Shown: piece by piece, positions 10,406 through 21,073 of the stretch
Numbering within the stretch: the first letter of the stretch is position 1
How the letters are laid out: the number at the start of each line of letters is the position of its first letter
IMG/VR virus record: IMGVR_UViG_3300048574_000421
DNA from: a virus
Taxonomy: Duplodnaviria > Heunggongvirae > Uroviricota > Caudoviricetes
DNA: 64,000 nucleotides
Direction: 5' to 3' (one strand)
Notes under the pieces: generated by a model
Seen by the model: only the letters and a program-made list of their open reading frames with translations
What the model was told of the DNA's origin: nothing
The model's database searches: none
Position numbers and translations under genes: made by a program

Positions 10406-13400
10406 ATGGCAAGAATAATAAATGGGTCTCTTTATGTAAGCTCATATGACCCAACAAGTACTCCGGGAGAGTACACTTTCACTAATGCTGTATTTGATAA
10501 TCAAGCTGATGCAACAAATCTTGGTTCATTAGACATTCAAATTGGATTTATAGTTTATGTACCTGCTTTAGATCCTAATTTGATGACTCTTGTACCTGGT
10601 GTTTGTCATAGGTACAGAATTACATCAATACAAAATGCAGATGGGTATTACATATCAGCAACAATCTTTTGGGATGAAGATGGTGAACAAATAGATCTTC
10701 CTGCTTTTGAATCTTATGCTATTTGTTGCGAAAACACATCTGCTTTAGATTTAGGCTTATATGCTTCCAATGAAATTTATTCTAATTTACCTGGTGGCAT
10801 TGTTGCAAGTGCAGCTACTATAGATGCTAAACGGATTTTAGATAAACTTGGAGTAACAGGTTTAAACGGGTTGACAGGTCTCCAAGGAAATACTGGATTT
10901 CAAGGTCAAACTGGACTGCAGGGTACTACTGGTTTAAATGGCATACAAGGATCTACAGGTCTTGATGGTCTCCAAGGTAACACAGGTCTTCAAGGTGTTA
11001 CTGGTCAAAATGGAATCCAAGGTGACACAGGTTTAGTTGGGTCACAGGGTACTACTGGACTACAAGGTTTCCAAGGAACAACAGGTCTAACAGGTCAAAC
11101 TGGAATTGCTGGTAGTCAAGGAAACACTGGTTTGCAAGGAAGTACAGGATTAGAAGGTGCTCAAGGTATAACAGGTGTTCAGGGTAATACAGGCATCGAA
11201 GGTATACAAGGTACTACAGGTTTAGATGGTGTTCAGGGAATTACAGGTCTTCAAGGCCAAACAGGAGTTTCTGGTAATCAAGGTGCTACAGGTTCGCAAG
11301 GCAATACTGGTTTACAAGGTTTTACTGGTATTCAAGGAATTACTGGGTTTGTTGGCGAAACAGGCGTACAAGGTACAACTGGACTTATTGGTCTTCAAGG
11401 TCAAACAGGTTTAGATGGATCACAAGGTACTACTGGTCTTGTTGGTGAAACTGGCTTAAAAGGTGAACAAGGAGATACAGGTCTCCAAGGATTAACGGGA
11501 GTTCAAGGTGAAACAGGACTTCAAGGAATACAAGGTTTTACTGGTGTGCAAGGAGTTCAAGGAAATACTGGTACACAAGGAACTACAGGGATTCAAGGAG
11601 TACAAGGAGATACAGGTACTCAGGGAATTCAAGGAACTACAGGTTTACAGGGAGAAACTGGAATTCAAGGAGACACAGGTACACAAGGTACTCAGGGAGT
11701 TCAAGGAACTACAGGGTTAACAGGTGATCAAGGTTCTACTGGTCTCAATGGTCTACAAGGAGTTCAAGGAAGTACAGGACTGAAAGGAGATCAGGGTACT
11801 ACAGGTTTTATTGGTGAAACAGGTGTACAAGGTACTACAGGTCTTATTGGTATTCAGGGTTTTACTGGTTTAGAAGGATCACAAGGAAACACTGGATTTC
11901 AAGGTACAACTGGACTTATTGGTCTTCAAGGTCAAACAGGTTTAGAAGGTTCACAAGGTACAACAGGCTTAGATGGAATACAGGGTACTACTGGATTACA
12001 AGGCTCTACAGGTACTGAAGGAATTCAAGGTGAAACAGGCTTACAAGGTTTCACTGGTTTAGAAGGTATTCAAGGCGTTACAGGTCTTGATGGTATTCAA
12101 GGAGCTACAGGAATTCAAGGTTTTACGGGTTCTCAAGGTCAAACAGGTTTAAATGGTATACAGGGTAACACGGGAATACAAGGAATAACAGGTCTTGAAG
12201 GAATTCAAGGTACTACAGGTCAACAAGGTATTCAGGGCGAAACTGGTCTTGTTGGTGTAACAGGAATTCAAGGTATTACAGGTCTTATAGGAGAAACAGG
12301 TTCACAAGGTCGCACTGGTCTTCAAGGTTTTCAGGGTCAAACTGGAATTCAGGGTGTTACTGGTCTACAGGGAATAACAGGCATTATTGGATCAACAGGT
12401 TTTCAAGGCTTAACAGGTTTACAGGGTATTCAAGGTAATACAGGTACCCAAGGAATTCAGGGAGTAACAGGATTACAAGGTACTACAGGACTAGAAGGAC
12501 TCCAAGGTCAAACTGGCTTAGATGGAATACAGGGTGACACTGGTATTCAAGGATCTACAGGCTTACAAGGTGCACAGGGCAATACTGGACTTCAGGGATT
12601 TACTGGAATACAAGGCATACAAGGTTTAACTGGATTGATTGGCAGTCAAGGTCAAACAGGAATTGAGGGTATTCAAGGAGACACAGGAGTTCAAGGTCAA
12701 ACAGGATTACAAGGACTTGTAGGTCAAACTGGTATACAAGGTGATACAGGAATTCAAGGAGGAACTGGTGTCCAAGGATTTCAGGGAATCACTGGTATTC
12801 AAGGGACAACAGGTCTAATTGGTATTCAAGGTAGTACAGGTATACAAGGTTTTACTGGTTCTAATGGATTACAAGGTACTACAGGTACACAAGGTTCAAC
12901 TGGTGTCCAAGGAATTACAGGTTTGATTGGATCTACTGGTTTACAAGGTCTAGACGGATTAGAGGGTCAACAAGGTTTAACTGGAATACAAGGATCAACA
13001 GGAATTCAAGGTGTTACAGGTTTAACTGGATCAACTGGAATACAAGGTCTTCAAGGTACACAAGGAGTAACAGGACTCATAGGTCTTACGGGTCAAACTG
13101 GTATTCAGGGAATAACAGGTGCGATAGGAATAACAGGTATTCAAGGCTCTACTGGATTACAAGGACAAACAGGACTCCAAGGTATACAAGGTATTACAGG
13201 TTTGAGAGGTTTTACAGGTCTACAAGGTCAAACTGGAATTCAAGGAGCTACTGGAATACAGGGAACAACAGGTGTACAAGGTCAAACAGGAATTCAAGGA
13301 ACAACAGGTTTGATTGGTACTACAGGATTAAATGGTATTCAAGGAGTAACAGGTTTTGTAGGACAAACCGGTATACAAGGTATTCAAGGTTCAACTGGTG

Positions 13401-13855
13401 TACAAGGTCAAACTGGTATTCAAGGTGTAACAGGCTTACAGGGTGTGACAGGACTTGTTGGCCAAACAGGTATTCAAGGTGTAACGGGTATAGGTTTTGT
13501 CACTAATAATTATGTTACTAGTACAACTACAGCAACTACTACAAGTACTACATTTGTTCTTGCTACAGGTATGACAGTTACACCTGCTTCAGGAACATAT
13601 TTAGTGTTATTTTCTGGAAGCATTTCACATTCAAGTAATTCAGCAACTACTTATATGACTATATATAGTGGTGGTTCACAAGTAGCTGCTTCAGAACAAA
13701 GATATAATCCAGGACAAACTAACGATCCTAGTACTTTTTGTACTACAGCTGTAGTGACTGTAAATGGCTCACAAGCAATTGCAGGATATTGGAGAGTCAC
13801 AGCAAATACAGGCTCTATGTATCAGCGACAACTTATAGTTTTAAAATTAGCTTAA
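10406..13855 (+). CDS. Collagen-like virion fibre protein with a BclA/C1q-like C-terminal domain
   Basis: About 880 aa of near-continuous Gly-X-Y (approx. 10850-13495); C-terminal GTYLVLFSG jelly-roll-like domain. Confidence 0.85.
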   Translation: MARIINGSLYVSSYDPTSTPGEYTFTNAVFDNQADATNLGSLDIQIGFIVYVPALDPNLMTLVPGVCHRYRITSIQNADGYYISATIFWDEDGEQIDLPAFESYAICCENTSALDLGLYASNEIYSNLPGGIVASAATIDAKRILDKLGVTGLNGLTGLQGNTGFQGQTGLQGTTGLNGIQGSTGLDGLQGNTGLQGVTGQNGIQGDTGLVGSQGTTGLQGFQGTTGLTGQTGIAGSQGNTGLQGSTGLEGAQGITGVQGNTGIEGIQGTTGLDGVQGITGLQGQTGVSGNQGATGSQGNTGLQGFTGIQGITGFVGETGVQGTTGLIGLQGQTGLDGSQGTTGLVGETGLKGEQGDTGLQGLTGVQGETGLQGIQGFTGVQGVQGNTGTQGTTGIQGVQGDTGTQGIQGTTGLQGETGIQGDTGTQGTQGVQGTTGLTGDQGSTGLNGLQGVQGSTGLKGDQGTTGFIGETGVQGTTGLIGIQGFTGLEGSQGNTGFQGTTGLIGLQGQTGLEGSQGTTGLDGIQGTTGLQGSTGTEGIQGETGLQGFTGLEGIQGVTGLDGIQGATGIQGFTGSQGQTGLNGIQGNTGIQGITGLEGIQGTTGQQGIQGETGLVGVTGIQGITGLIGETGSQGRTGLQGFQGQTGIQGVTGLQGITGIIGSTGFQGLTGLQGIQGNTGTQGIQGVTGLQGTTGLEGLQGQTGLDGIQGDTGIQGSTGLQGAQGNTGLQGFTGIQGIQGLTGLIGSQGQTGIEGIQGDTGVQGQTGLQGLVGQTGIQGDTGIQGGTGVQGFQGITGIQGTTGLIGIQGSTGIQGFTGSNGLQGTTGTQGSTGVQGITGLIGSTGLQGLDGLEGQQGLTGIQGSTGIQGVTGLTGSTGIQGLQGTQGVTGLIGLTGQTGIQGITGAIGITGIQGSTGLQGQTGLQGIQGITGLRGFTGLQGQTGIQGATGIQGTTGVQGQTGIQGTTGLIGTTGLNGIQGVTGFVGQTGIQGIQGSTGVQGQTGIQGVTGLQGVTGLVGQTGIQGVTGIGFVTNNYVTSTTTATTTSTTFVLATGMTVTPASGTYLVLFSGSISHSSNSATTYMTIYSGGSQVAASEQRYNPGQTNDPSTFCTTAVVTVNGSQAIAGYWRVTANTGSMYQRQLIVLKLA

Positions 13856-13873
13856 CATAAATGGGAGCACTTA

Positions 13874-15964
13874 ATGCAAGAAATAACTTACAATAAAGAA
13901 TGTAATTCAGAATTACTCACACTTGAAATAGAAAATTCTGGAATAGTAAAAGGAGAACATTTTTTTGGTGTCTCTTGTGAAATAGGACAGCAATATACTG
14001 TTGTATATGCAGCTGATAGTATTACACAACAACAAAGAGATACTATAGATTCTGTTGTATCAGTACACAATCCTAACTCAATACCTTACGCAAAGTTAGT
14101 TAGACAACAATATTTAAGATCTTATGGAGAAGCACTCATTATTTCACAAGGTTATTCATTAGATATACAAAATTCACTATTAACTATGTATTCAGGTAGT
14201 GTTAAACTAAAACCAAACTGTATGCAATACATCCAAACATGGGTGAATTGGATTAATATTGTAGACGCAGAAATAAAAAACAAACAAACACAAGTAGATG
14301 CACAAACTACAATAGAGCAAATTAATTCGATTGAAATAGATAAACCAGCATTGATTGCTCTTGATCCTCATGTTACTATAAATGATGCTTTAGCTATTAC
14401 AGATTCTTCTGATCTTAACGATTTTATGGACGACAGGGTAACTGTTACAGATACATATACAAATAAAACAGGCCCTTATTATTTAATGGAAATTTTAAAT
14501 CTCAGAAGAGAGATTTTTAATGATACAGAGAATCCTTTATATGTATTGAATCATACACCCATTATTGGTCCTTCAGGTCATATTCAAAATCATGCAGACA
14601 GAATTGTCAATTTAGAAAATATTCATGGTAAAAGTGGTTGGCATCAACAACAAGTTTTAAAATCTTTGTACGAAAAACCTATTGATATATTAATATATAA
14701 AGGTTCGCTTGTAAATTTCAATAATTCTAAAAATCAATCGATAAACGAAAATATAGCTCAAGATTTTTCACGTTATGACATTCTTGTTTTTAATGATGGG
14801 TATCAAGACCCAACTCATATAGACTATACAAATACGCAAATAATTTTATCAAGAATTAGATCGCTTAATCCCAACACTCTCATCTTTGGTATTGTTTCTG
14901 CAACAGATAGTCTTGCTATTTTTAATACAAAAGTAGGCCAATGGAATACACTTCAAATAAATGGCATTTTTATTGATAAAGCAGGTTATGACTTTGGTGT
15001 ACTTAGAACTGACTTTAATACCCGTGTTGATTCAGTTAAAGCACTATCTTTTTCAAATATAGTTTTTGCAAACTCAAAAAAAATGAGTCACATTCTTGGA
15101 ACTGATAATGACCCATTATATCCTAACTCAATATACAATACCAGTTTAGTTTCTTCACATTTGAGTAATGCTGATTGGGTATTACTTGAAAGTTTTGCTA
15201 TTGACACTTCTAATTATGGTGAAGGTTATGAAAACTCTTCTACATGGGCTAGTCGAAGTGTTGAAATGAATTCGCTTAGATATAATTTTGGAATAAATGT
15301 TGCTTCTTTCGGAATTATAAATAACAATAATGAAAAAGGTAATGATTTATATAAATTTGGTCTCGTATCTTCTTTAATGTGGTCGCTAAATGCTTATGGT
15401 ACGTCAGACACTGATTATGGCTTAAATAGCTCTACTGTCAAGTTCTGGGATAAACCCAATCTTTCTGGAATAGGAAAAACCTACAGTATTAATCCTTCAG
15501 TACAATCAGGACTTAACAACACTTTTCATCGTTTTTCTGACGATGTCCATTTTATCCTAGACTTCACTTCAAGTAATCAAACATGTTACATAAATATAAA
15601 AGAGATTTCTCGTGTTGAAGGAGGCTTTGGGATCACTATTGATGGATCTGGAGAAGTTATAACAACAGGTAATAAAGGCATAATCATAGCTCCCTATGCA
15701 ATGACTATAACTGGTTATACTATAGTTGCTGACGAACTAGGGAGCGTACAAATCGATATTTGGAAAAAATCTTCATTACCTGTTACTATTTCTGATAGTA
15801 TTTGTGGTGGAAATTTTATAACATTAAGCAATTCTCAAAGCAATATTGTAGAAACTATATCTTCATGGAATACAAAATTTGAAAAAAACGACTTTATAAT
15901 TTTTTATGTTAGTTCTATAACAAGTATTAAAAAACTAACGCTTATAGTGAAAGGAATAAAATAA
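13874..15964 (+). CDS. Virion protein with a central glycoside-hydrolase-like TIM barrel (GH114/GH135-like)
   Basis: YDILVF.DG..DP.H..Y; NPNTLIFG; W....INGIFIDKAGYDFG; N-terminus resembles fibre assembly chaperones. Confidence 0.5.
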   Translation: MQEITYNKECNSELLTLEIENSGIVKGEHFFGVSCEIGQQYTVVYAADSITQQQRDTIDSVVSVHNPNSIPYAKLVRQQYLRSYGEALIISQGYSLDIQNSLLTMYSGSVKLKPNCMQYIQTWVNWINIVDAEIKNKQTQVDAQTTIEQINSIEIDKPALIALDPHVTINDALAITDSSDLNDFMDDRVTVTDTYTNKTGPYYLMEILNLRREIFNDTENPLYVLNHTPIIGPSGHIQNHADRIVNLENIHGKSGWHQQQVLKSLYEKPIDILIYKGSLVNFNNSKNQSINENIAQDFSRYDILVFNDGYQDPTHIDYTNTQIILSRIRSLNPNTLIFGIVSATDSLAIFNTKVGQWNTLQINGIFIDKAGYDFGVLRTDFNTRVDSVKALSFSNIVFANSKKMSHILGTDNDPLYPNSIYNTSLVSSHLSNADWVLLESFAIDTSNYGEGYENSSTWASRSVEMNSLRYNFGINVASFGIINNNNEKGNDLYKFGLVSSLMWSLNAYGTSDTDYGLNSSTVKFWDKPNLSGIGKTYSINPSVQSGLNNTFHRFSDDVHFILDFTSSNQTCYINIKEISRVEGGFGITIDGSGEVITTGNKGIIIAPYAMTITGYTIVADELGSVQIDIWKKSSLPVTISDSICGGNFITLSNSQSNIVETISSWNTKFEKNDFIIFYVSSITSIKKLTLIVKGIK

Positions 15965-15966
15965 TC

Positions 15967-18339
15967 ATGGCAACATTAGCAACAAAAATGCTATTTACAC
16001 AAAACTCAACTCCAATAAGTAGTTATAATCAAGATCTTTTAAATCTTGGACCACTTATGTACAAAAACACTGGAGCAAATCCTTCTGATAAATGGGTAGG
16101 TCCAAATCCTATAGCTGTAGCAAGACCCGTAGATAATAGTACTGTTCCTTGTATGATGCCTCATGTGTTAAGTTTTTCAAATGATTTACAGTATGTTTTC
16201 CTTGCTGACGCAGCTGCAGCTGCTGCAACTCGAAGAGTTGTATTATATACTTATAGTATCACTAATGCAGTATACAATTACATAGGATACATTACGCTAA
16301 CATATCCTGCTACAACAAACCACACAATAAGAGGGTTTCGCGTAGACCGTTTACGTTATATGATTGGCACAGTATCTGTATCTGATACAGCTGTTACAGG
16401 TACTGGAACTTTATGGACAACAAATGGGAAGATATCTGTTGGTGCAAGAATCGGGTTTGGTTCTATAAATCCTGCTGAAATAAGTACTTGGTACCAGATA
16501 TCAGCAATAGGAAGTGATACTTCTATAACACTTGGAAGTGGAGCAGGTACAATTTCTGCAGGTACACCTTTTATTATTGAAGAGTATAGAGTTGTGACAG
16601 TAACTACAAATGCTACAGCAGCAAATGGTGGTTTATTTGTTACTAAAGGATTGAATCCTTCAATTTTTATTCCTAGTGGTACAACAATAAGTGCTGCAAC
16701 AAGTACAGACAGCTTACGTGCTGTGTATTGGTTGCCTAATGCTTCTACTGTTACTAATACGGGTGGTGCTGGATGTGCTATTGAAGATGAAGAATATACT
16801 GCGGGTACTGTATCTTCTACAGGAACTACAACAATAACAGGTTCTGGGACTTCATGGAATTCAGTTGCTGGAAGAATAAACGCAGGGTCACGTATAGGTT
16901 TTGGCTCTACAAATCCTTTAAGTATTACAACATGGTACACAATTTCTGCTGTTAACAGTACAACACAAATAACTTTAACCTCAGCACCTGCAACAATTCC
17001 TGCAGGAACTGCTTATTGCATTATAGACAACAGCATGCGAATTTCATATGTTCTTGACACAGCAGGTAGAGTACACAAATATAATCTAAGATCTTCTTTA
17101 GGTACTATAACTTCAGGAAAAGCTTCTAATTACGCTGGCATTCAGTTGTTAGCTACTGGTGTTCAAGCGTTGACAGGTACAATGCAAACTACTAATAATG
17201 GTAGATATGCAGTTTTACAAAGTGGTCCTGGAGCAAACATACCTTGTTTATATTTTGTAACAACAACAAGAATATATAGATCTGTATTAACAGACATCAC
17301 TTCTGGTTCGACTACATGGGCTTTTGATGCTATGGTAGAAGTTCCTGCAGGTGGTGCAGCAACTTACCCAGTAACAGGCGCAATGTCGTCAGTAGAAGTT
17401 ATTGACACTTTGAATAAACTTGTAATATCTACTACTCCAACAGTAGCTGTAGGAAAAACTTATATTACTGGATACAAAACTGATGCTTCTCAATTTGACT
17501 ACAATGTTTTTATTGACAATCATCAGCAAGATCAGTCAACAGCAGATAGTTCTGCAGCTATTATACCAAATCAAAACGGTCTAACATTTACAGCATGGTC
17601 TGAAAGTGGTGTTACGCACGTAATAAGACACCCAGCAGTAGGTACTGCTCCGACAGCTATTAATAATCAAATGTATGCTGTTCCAATAGGTGCTGATTGG
17701 GATTTTGCTGCAACAACTTTAAGCAGAATTATTACACCAAGAATAGCTACTCCTGAAGCTAACAATTTGAATACCGTTAGTGTCTTGTCTGCAAAATTTA
17801 TTGGACAAAGTTCTTTGGGTATTCAACCTTTGCCTTATAGAGTATATTGTCGTACTAGTGGAATAACAGACAATAGTGGTTCTTGGACTTTAATAGACGA
17901 CTTAGGAAACATTTCAGGTGTAAGTGCTAGTACCCATGTACAGTTCATGTTCGAATTTAAGACTATAAGTCAAGTTGTGCTCCCAGCAAGAATTTACGGT
18001 GTACATGTAAGTTACGATAATATAAGTCCTTTACCAAATTATCGAAGTGATGCAACAAGATCAAATGCAGCAAGTAAATTGTTTGCATTCAGATTTGTTA
18101 CAGCTTTTGGAGAAACTGTCCCTGATCTTAGAATAAGAATCTATAACGATATCACTGGTGGTTTATTAGTTGATGATAACACTGTAACATCTACAGGTAC
18201 TTGGTCAAAATCTACTGATGGAGACAATTGGTCGACTTATAACACTAATGATAAGACTAATGAAACAACTTACATTAGATATGCCCCTGCATCTATGGCA
18301 TCAGGTGTAATAGCTCGTGCAGTAATAACAAGGATGTAA
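15967..18339 (+). CDS. Thr/Ser-rich virion structural protein with a duplicated ~70-aa module
   Basis: Two copies of GTVS..TG.GT.W...I..G.RIGFGS.NP..I.TWY.ISA..S.T.ITL.S..TI.AGT. Confidence 0.7.
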   Translation: MATLATKMLFTQNSTPISSYNQDLLNLGPLMYKNTGANPSDKWVGPNPIAVARPVDNSTVPCMMPHVLSFSNDLQYVFLADAAAAAATRRVVLYTYSITNAVYNYIGYITLTYPATTNHTIRGFRVDRLRYMIGTVSVSDTAVTGTGTLWTTNGKISVGARIGFGSINPAEISTWYQISAIGSDTSITLGSGAGTISAGTPFIIEEYRVVTVTTNATAANGGLFVTKGLNPSIFIPSGTTISAATSTDSLRAVYWLPNASTVTNTGGAGCAIEDEEYTAGTVSSTGTTTITGSGTSWNSVAGRINAGSRIGFGSTNPLSITTWYTISAVNSTTQITLTSAPATIPAGTAYCIIDNSMRISYVLDTAGRVHKYNLRSSLGTITSGKASNYAGIQLLATGVQALTGTMQTTNNGRYAVLQSGPGANIPCLYFVTTTRIYRSVLTDITSGSTTWAFDAMVEVPAGGAATYPVTGAMSSVEVIDTLNKLVISTTPTVAVGKTYITGYKTDASQFDYNVFIDNHQQDQSTADSSAAIIPNQNGLTFTAWSESGVTHVIRHPAVGTAPTAINNQMYAVPIGADWDFAATTLSRIITPRIATPEANNLNTVSVLSAKFIGQSSLGIQPLPYRVYCRTSGITDNSGSWTLIDDLGNISGVSASTHVQFMFEFKTISQVVLPARIYGVHVSYDNISPLPNYRSDATRSNAASKLFAFRFVTAFGETVPDLRIRIYNDITGGLLVDDNTVTSTGTWSKSTDGDNWSTYNTNDKTNETTYIRYAPASMASGVIARAVITRM

Positions 18340-18343
18340 TTGT

Positions 18344-18496
18344 ATGGATGAACAAATAGCTGATAGTTTTATTATGTTGATTCCAGTTGAGTCTGGAGTT
18401 CCAAATACTATTGTTTCTTGTAATTTTGACATGGACATTGTTATTCCTAATGTTTTTTCTGGAGGCGGAGAAGTCTCTTCATTATTCTTTTTTTAA
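18344..18496 (+). CDS. Small hypothetical protein (50 aa, below the ORF-track cutoff)
   Basis: MDEQIADSF...SGGGEVSSLFFF; fills the gap directly after the previous stop. Confidence 0.5.
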   Translation: MDEQIADSFIMLIPVESGVPNTIVSCNFDMDIVIPNVFSGGGEVSSLFFF

Positions 18497-18521
18497 AGTT
18501 TTTTGCAAGTACTTATATTAT

Positions 18522-18559
18522 AAATCTTTTGCATAGTTACAAATTTATGCAAAAGATTT
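18522..18559 (+). terminator. 14-bp inverted repeat (terminator or operator) between the fibre genes and the GT cluster
   Basis: AAATCTTTTGCATA-N10-TATGCAAAAGATTT. Confidence 0.6.
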
Positions 18560-18585
18560 TTGTGCTATAGAATGATTAGGAAAAT

Positions 18586-18774
18586 ATGGAAATAAATATT
18601 TTAAAAGATAACGAAATTCTCATAATAGCTGAAACTGAATTTGAGAGAAGTTTTTGTACTCTTCTTGAAGGAAAAATTTTTGATACTACAGTTAAACGGG
18701 GTTTGTCTCCTGCTGATATTGTAGGGATTAAATTAACACCAAGACAAGAAAAGAAAGAAAAATGTCAAGCTTAA
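18586..18774 (+). CDS. Hypothetical protein
   Basis: 62 aa, AGGA RBS, overlaps the next gene. Confidence 0.55.
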   Translation: MEINILKDNEILIIAETEFERSFCTLLEGKIFDTTVKRGLSPADIVGIKLTPRQEKKEKCQA

Positions 18775-20312
18775 GTTTTGCATTAATAGTAAAAAACGAA
18801 GAAGCAAGTCTACAAAAATGTTTAGACTCTATCAAATCTATTGCTGACGAAATAATTATTGTTGACACTGGGTCAACTGATAGAACAAAAGAAATTGCAT
18901 TACAATATACTAATAAAGTTTATGATTTCATTTGGATAGATGATTTTGCAGCAGCAAGAAATTTTGCTTTTAGTCTTTGTGAAAAAGAGTGGATTTTCTG
19001 GCTTGATGCTGATGATGAAATTCTACCTAAAGACAAAGAAAAAATAAAAAACTTAGATTTTTCTCCTGACAAAGAAGTATTTATTTGCAAATATCATTAT
19101 TCACATGATCAGTTTGGTGTACCCGAATGCACTCTTGAACGTGAAAGAATTATTAAACGCTCTCTTAATTTAAAATGGGAAAAAGCAATTCACGAGTATA
19201 TTGCTATTAATGGAAGAAACATAACAAGAACAGACATTGAAATCCATCATTGGAAAAAACACGGAACATCAGAAAGAAACATACGAATTCTAGAGAAAAT
19301 CGTAGAAAAAGACCAAGATCCAAGAAATCTATTTTATCTTGGAAAAGAGTATCTTGATTTTGGGAAAACAGAAGATGCAATCAAATATCTTGAAAGATTT
19401 GTTGTTTCAAATGGTTGGTGGGAAGATATATTTACAGCATACCAATTACTTGCAAAAGCATATCTTTTCTTAAAAAACGAAAACAAATTTTTCGAAAACA
19501 TCTTTCTATCTATCAAAATAGAGCCTCGTCGTGCAGAACCTTTTTATGATATTGGAGATTTTTATTGTTCAAAAAGTGATTGGGCAAGAGCAATACATTA
19601 TTATGAAATTTGTTTAAATACAAAACGTTCATCTGAGTTGATGTCAACATTCTATCCTCAATATTATACATGGTTGCCAGCTCTTTCATTATGTAATTGC
19701 TATAACAATATTGGTGACATTCAAAAAGCTTATGAATACAATGAGTTGTTTCTAAAATTTAGACCAAATGATTCAAGAGGCATACACAATAGAGCTATTT
19801 TAAAAAATAGTCCACTAAGACTAATTAGAAAAGATGGACAAGGTAAAAAATTGAATCTTGGTTGTGGTAATAAACGGATGGAAGGATTTGTCAATTGTGA
19901 CATTGTAGATATAAAAGAAGTCGATGAAATATTCAATTTTTATGAAATACCCTATCAAGATAACACAATTTCTGAAATCTCTAGTGAACATGCGCTTGAA
20001 CATGTTCCAAAAGAGAAAGCTAAACAAGCAATAAAAGAATGGTTTAGAGTTCTCAAACCAGGTGGAGTTCTTAATCTTTATATTCCAGATTTAGAACTAT
20101 GTGCTCTTGGTTATGTGAATGGTGATAACAAAAGAACAGTAAATGGATATCCTGAAAAAGAGTGGTATAAAATGACTTTGTTTGGTGCTCAAACAGCAGA
20201 AAATGGTAGTGATGCTGAACACCAGTTTCATTTGACAGGATTTTCTAAAAACGAAATCAGAGAGATACTTGAAGATGCAGGTTTTATTATAGATTACTTA
20301 AATAATTACTAG
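18762..20312 (+). CDS. GT2 glycosyltransferase + TPR repeats + class I SAM methyltransferase (C-terminally truncated)
   Basis: LIVKNEE..CLDS..DEIIIVDTGSTD..DDFAAARNFA..WLDADD (SunS/SgtA-like GT2); TPR helices; LNLGCG..EHALEH..RVLKPGG. Confidence 0.9.
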   Translation: MSSLSFALIVKNEEASLQKCLDSIKSIADEIIIVDTGSTDRTKEIALQYTNKVYDFIWIDDFAAARNFAFSLCEKEWIFWLDADDEILPKDKEKIKNLDFSPDKEVFICKYHYSHDQFGVPECTLERERIIKRSLNLKWEKAIHEYIAINGRNITRTDIEIHHWKKHGTSERNIRILEKIVEKDQDPRNLFYLGKEYLDFGKTEDAIKYLERFVVSNGWWEDIFTAYQLLAKAYLFLKNENKFFENIFLSIKIEPRRAEPFYDIGDFYCSKSDWARAIHYYEICLNTKRSSELMSTFYPQYYTWLPALSLCNCYNNIGDIQKAYEYNELFLKFRPNDSRGIHNRAILKNSPLRLIRKDGQGKKLNLGCGNKRMEGFVNCDIVDIKEVDEIFNFYEIPYQDNTISEISSEHALEHVPKEKAKQAIKEWFRVLKPGGVLNLYIPDLELCALGYVNGDNKRTVNGYPEKEWYKMTLFGAQTAENGSDAEHQFHLTGFSKNEIREILEDAGFIIDYLNNY

Positions 20313-20334
20313 GAGGTATTCTATTAATTTTTTT

Positions 20335-20643
20335 TTGTTTTTATGTATTGTCACATTAACACATAACAAAGACAGTGTGTTAATTAAAACTCCTGTGTTC
20401 ATTCAACAGCAAAGCAGCATAGAAAAAAACGATTGGTGTGTTTTTTCAGCATCAAAAGACTCTTCTTTTTTAAAAGTATCTTATCAAGAAAAATATGGTT
20501 TTGAAAAAACTATATTTTGTAAAGTTATTTTTGAAAATACAAAAACTGGTGAATATAAATGTATATCGCCAGAACTTGGTTGTTTAATTCTTCAAAAGTC
20601 AAACTTAAACTCTTTCAAAGTGACAGAAGTGAAAAATGAATAG
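20335..20643 (+). CDS. Hypothetical protein inserted between GT fragments
   Basis: 102-aa ORF, TTG start, overlaps the next start. Confidence 0.5.
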   Translation: MFLCIVTLTHNKDSVLIKTPVFIQQQSSIEKNDWCVFSASKDSSFLKVSYQEKYGFEKTIFCKVIFENTKTGEYKCISPELGCLILQKSNLNSFKVTEVKNE

Positions 20644-21073
20644 TTATGGTACACCTTCAATAGAAATACGTGCATTCAAACCAGTCTCTGTAATTAAAAT
20701 AGGTTGGATAGCACCTGAAAATTGGCTTGCTGCTCAAACACGTATAAGAGTTTTACGTGTCAACAAATGTCTTAGAAGTGTGGGATATCAATCTTTTATT
20801 GTTCAAGATGCACAAGAAATAATTGATAAAAATTATGATATTGCAATAATTGGAAAAAGCTTTGATGAAAGCAGTTATAATAGTATCAAGTTACTTAAGC
20901 AACATAATAAAAAAGTAATATGTGATATATGCGAAGACGTTATTGGTTGGCCTTGGGTAAATGAAATTTTAAGAGATTCTGATAAGATTGTTTGCTGTTC
21001 ATATAGACTTGAAGAAAAAGCCAAAACAGTAAACATGAACACTATAGTTATAGAAGATGCATTCGAAATATGA
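20636..21073 (+). CDS. Methyltransferase last strand + GT-B N-terminal half
   Basis: SYGTPSIEIRAFKP, then AAQTRIRV..YDIAIIGK..KVICDICED..DKIVCCS..L....IEDAFE. Confidence 0.7.
   Translation: MNSYGTPSIEIRAFKPVSVIKIGWIAPENWLAAQTRIRVLRVNKCLRSVGYQSFIVQDAQEIIDKNYDIAIIGKSFDESSYNSIKLLKQHNKKVICDICEDVIGWPWVNEILRDSDKIVCCSYRLEEKAKTVNMNTIVIEDAFEI

Noticed and set aside
7789-11720. Short alternate-frame and antisense ORFs over the collagen genes (e.g. 7789, 7928, 8095, 8803, 8837, 11226, 11508; also 31062, 32666)
   Set aside because: Shadow ORFs produced by the Gly-X-Y periodicity inside long genuine genes
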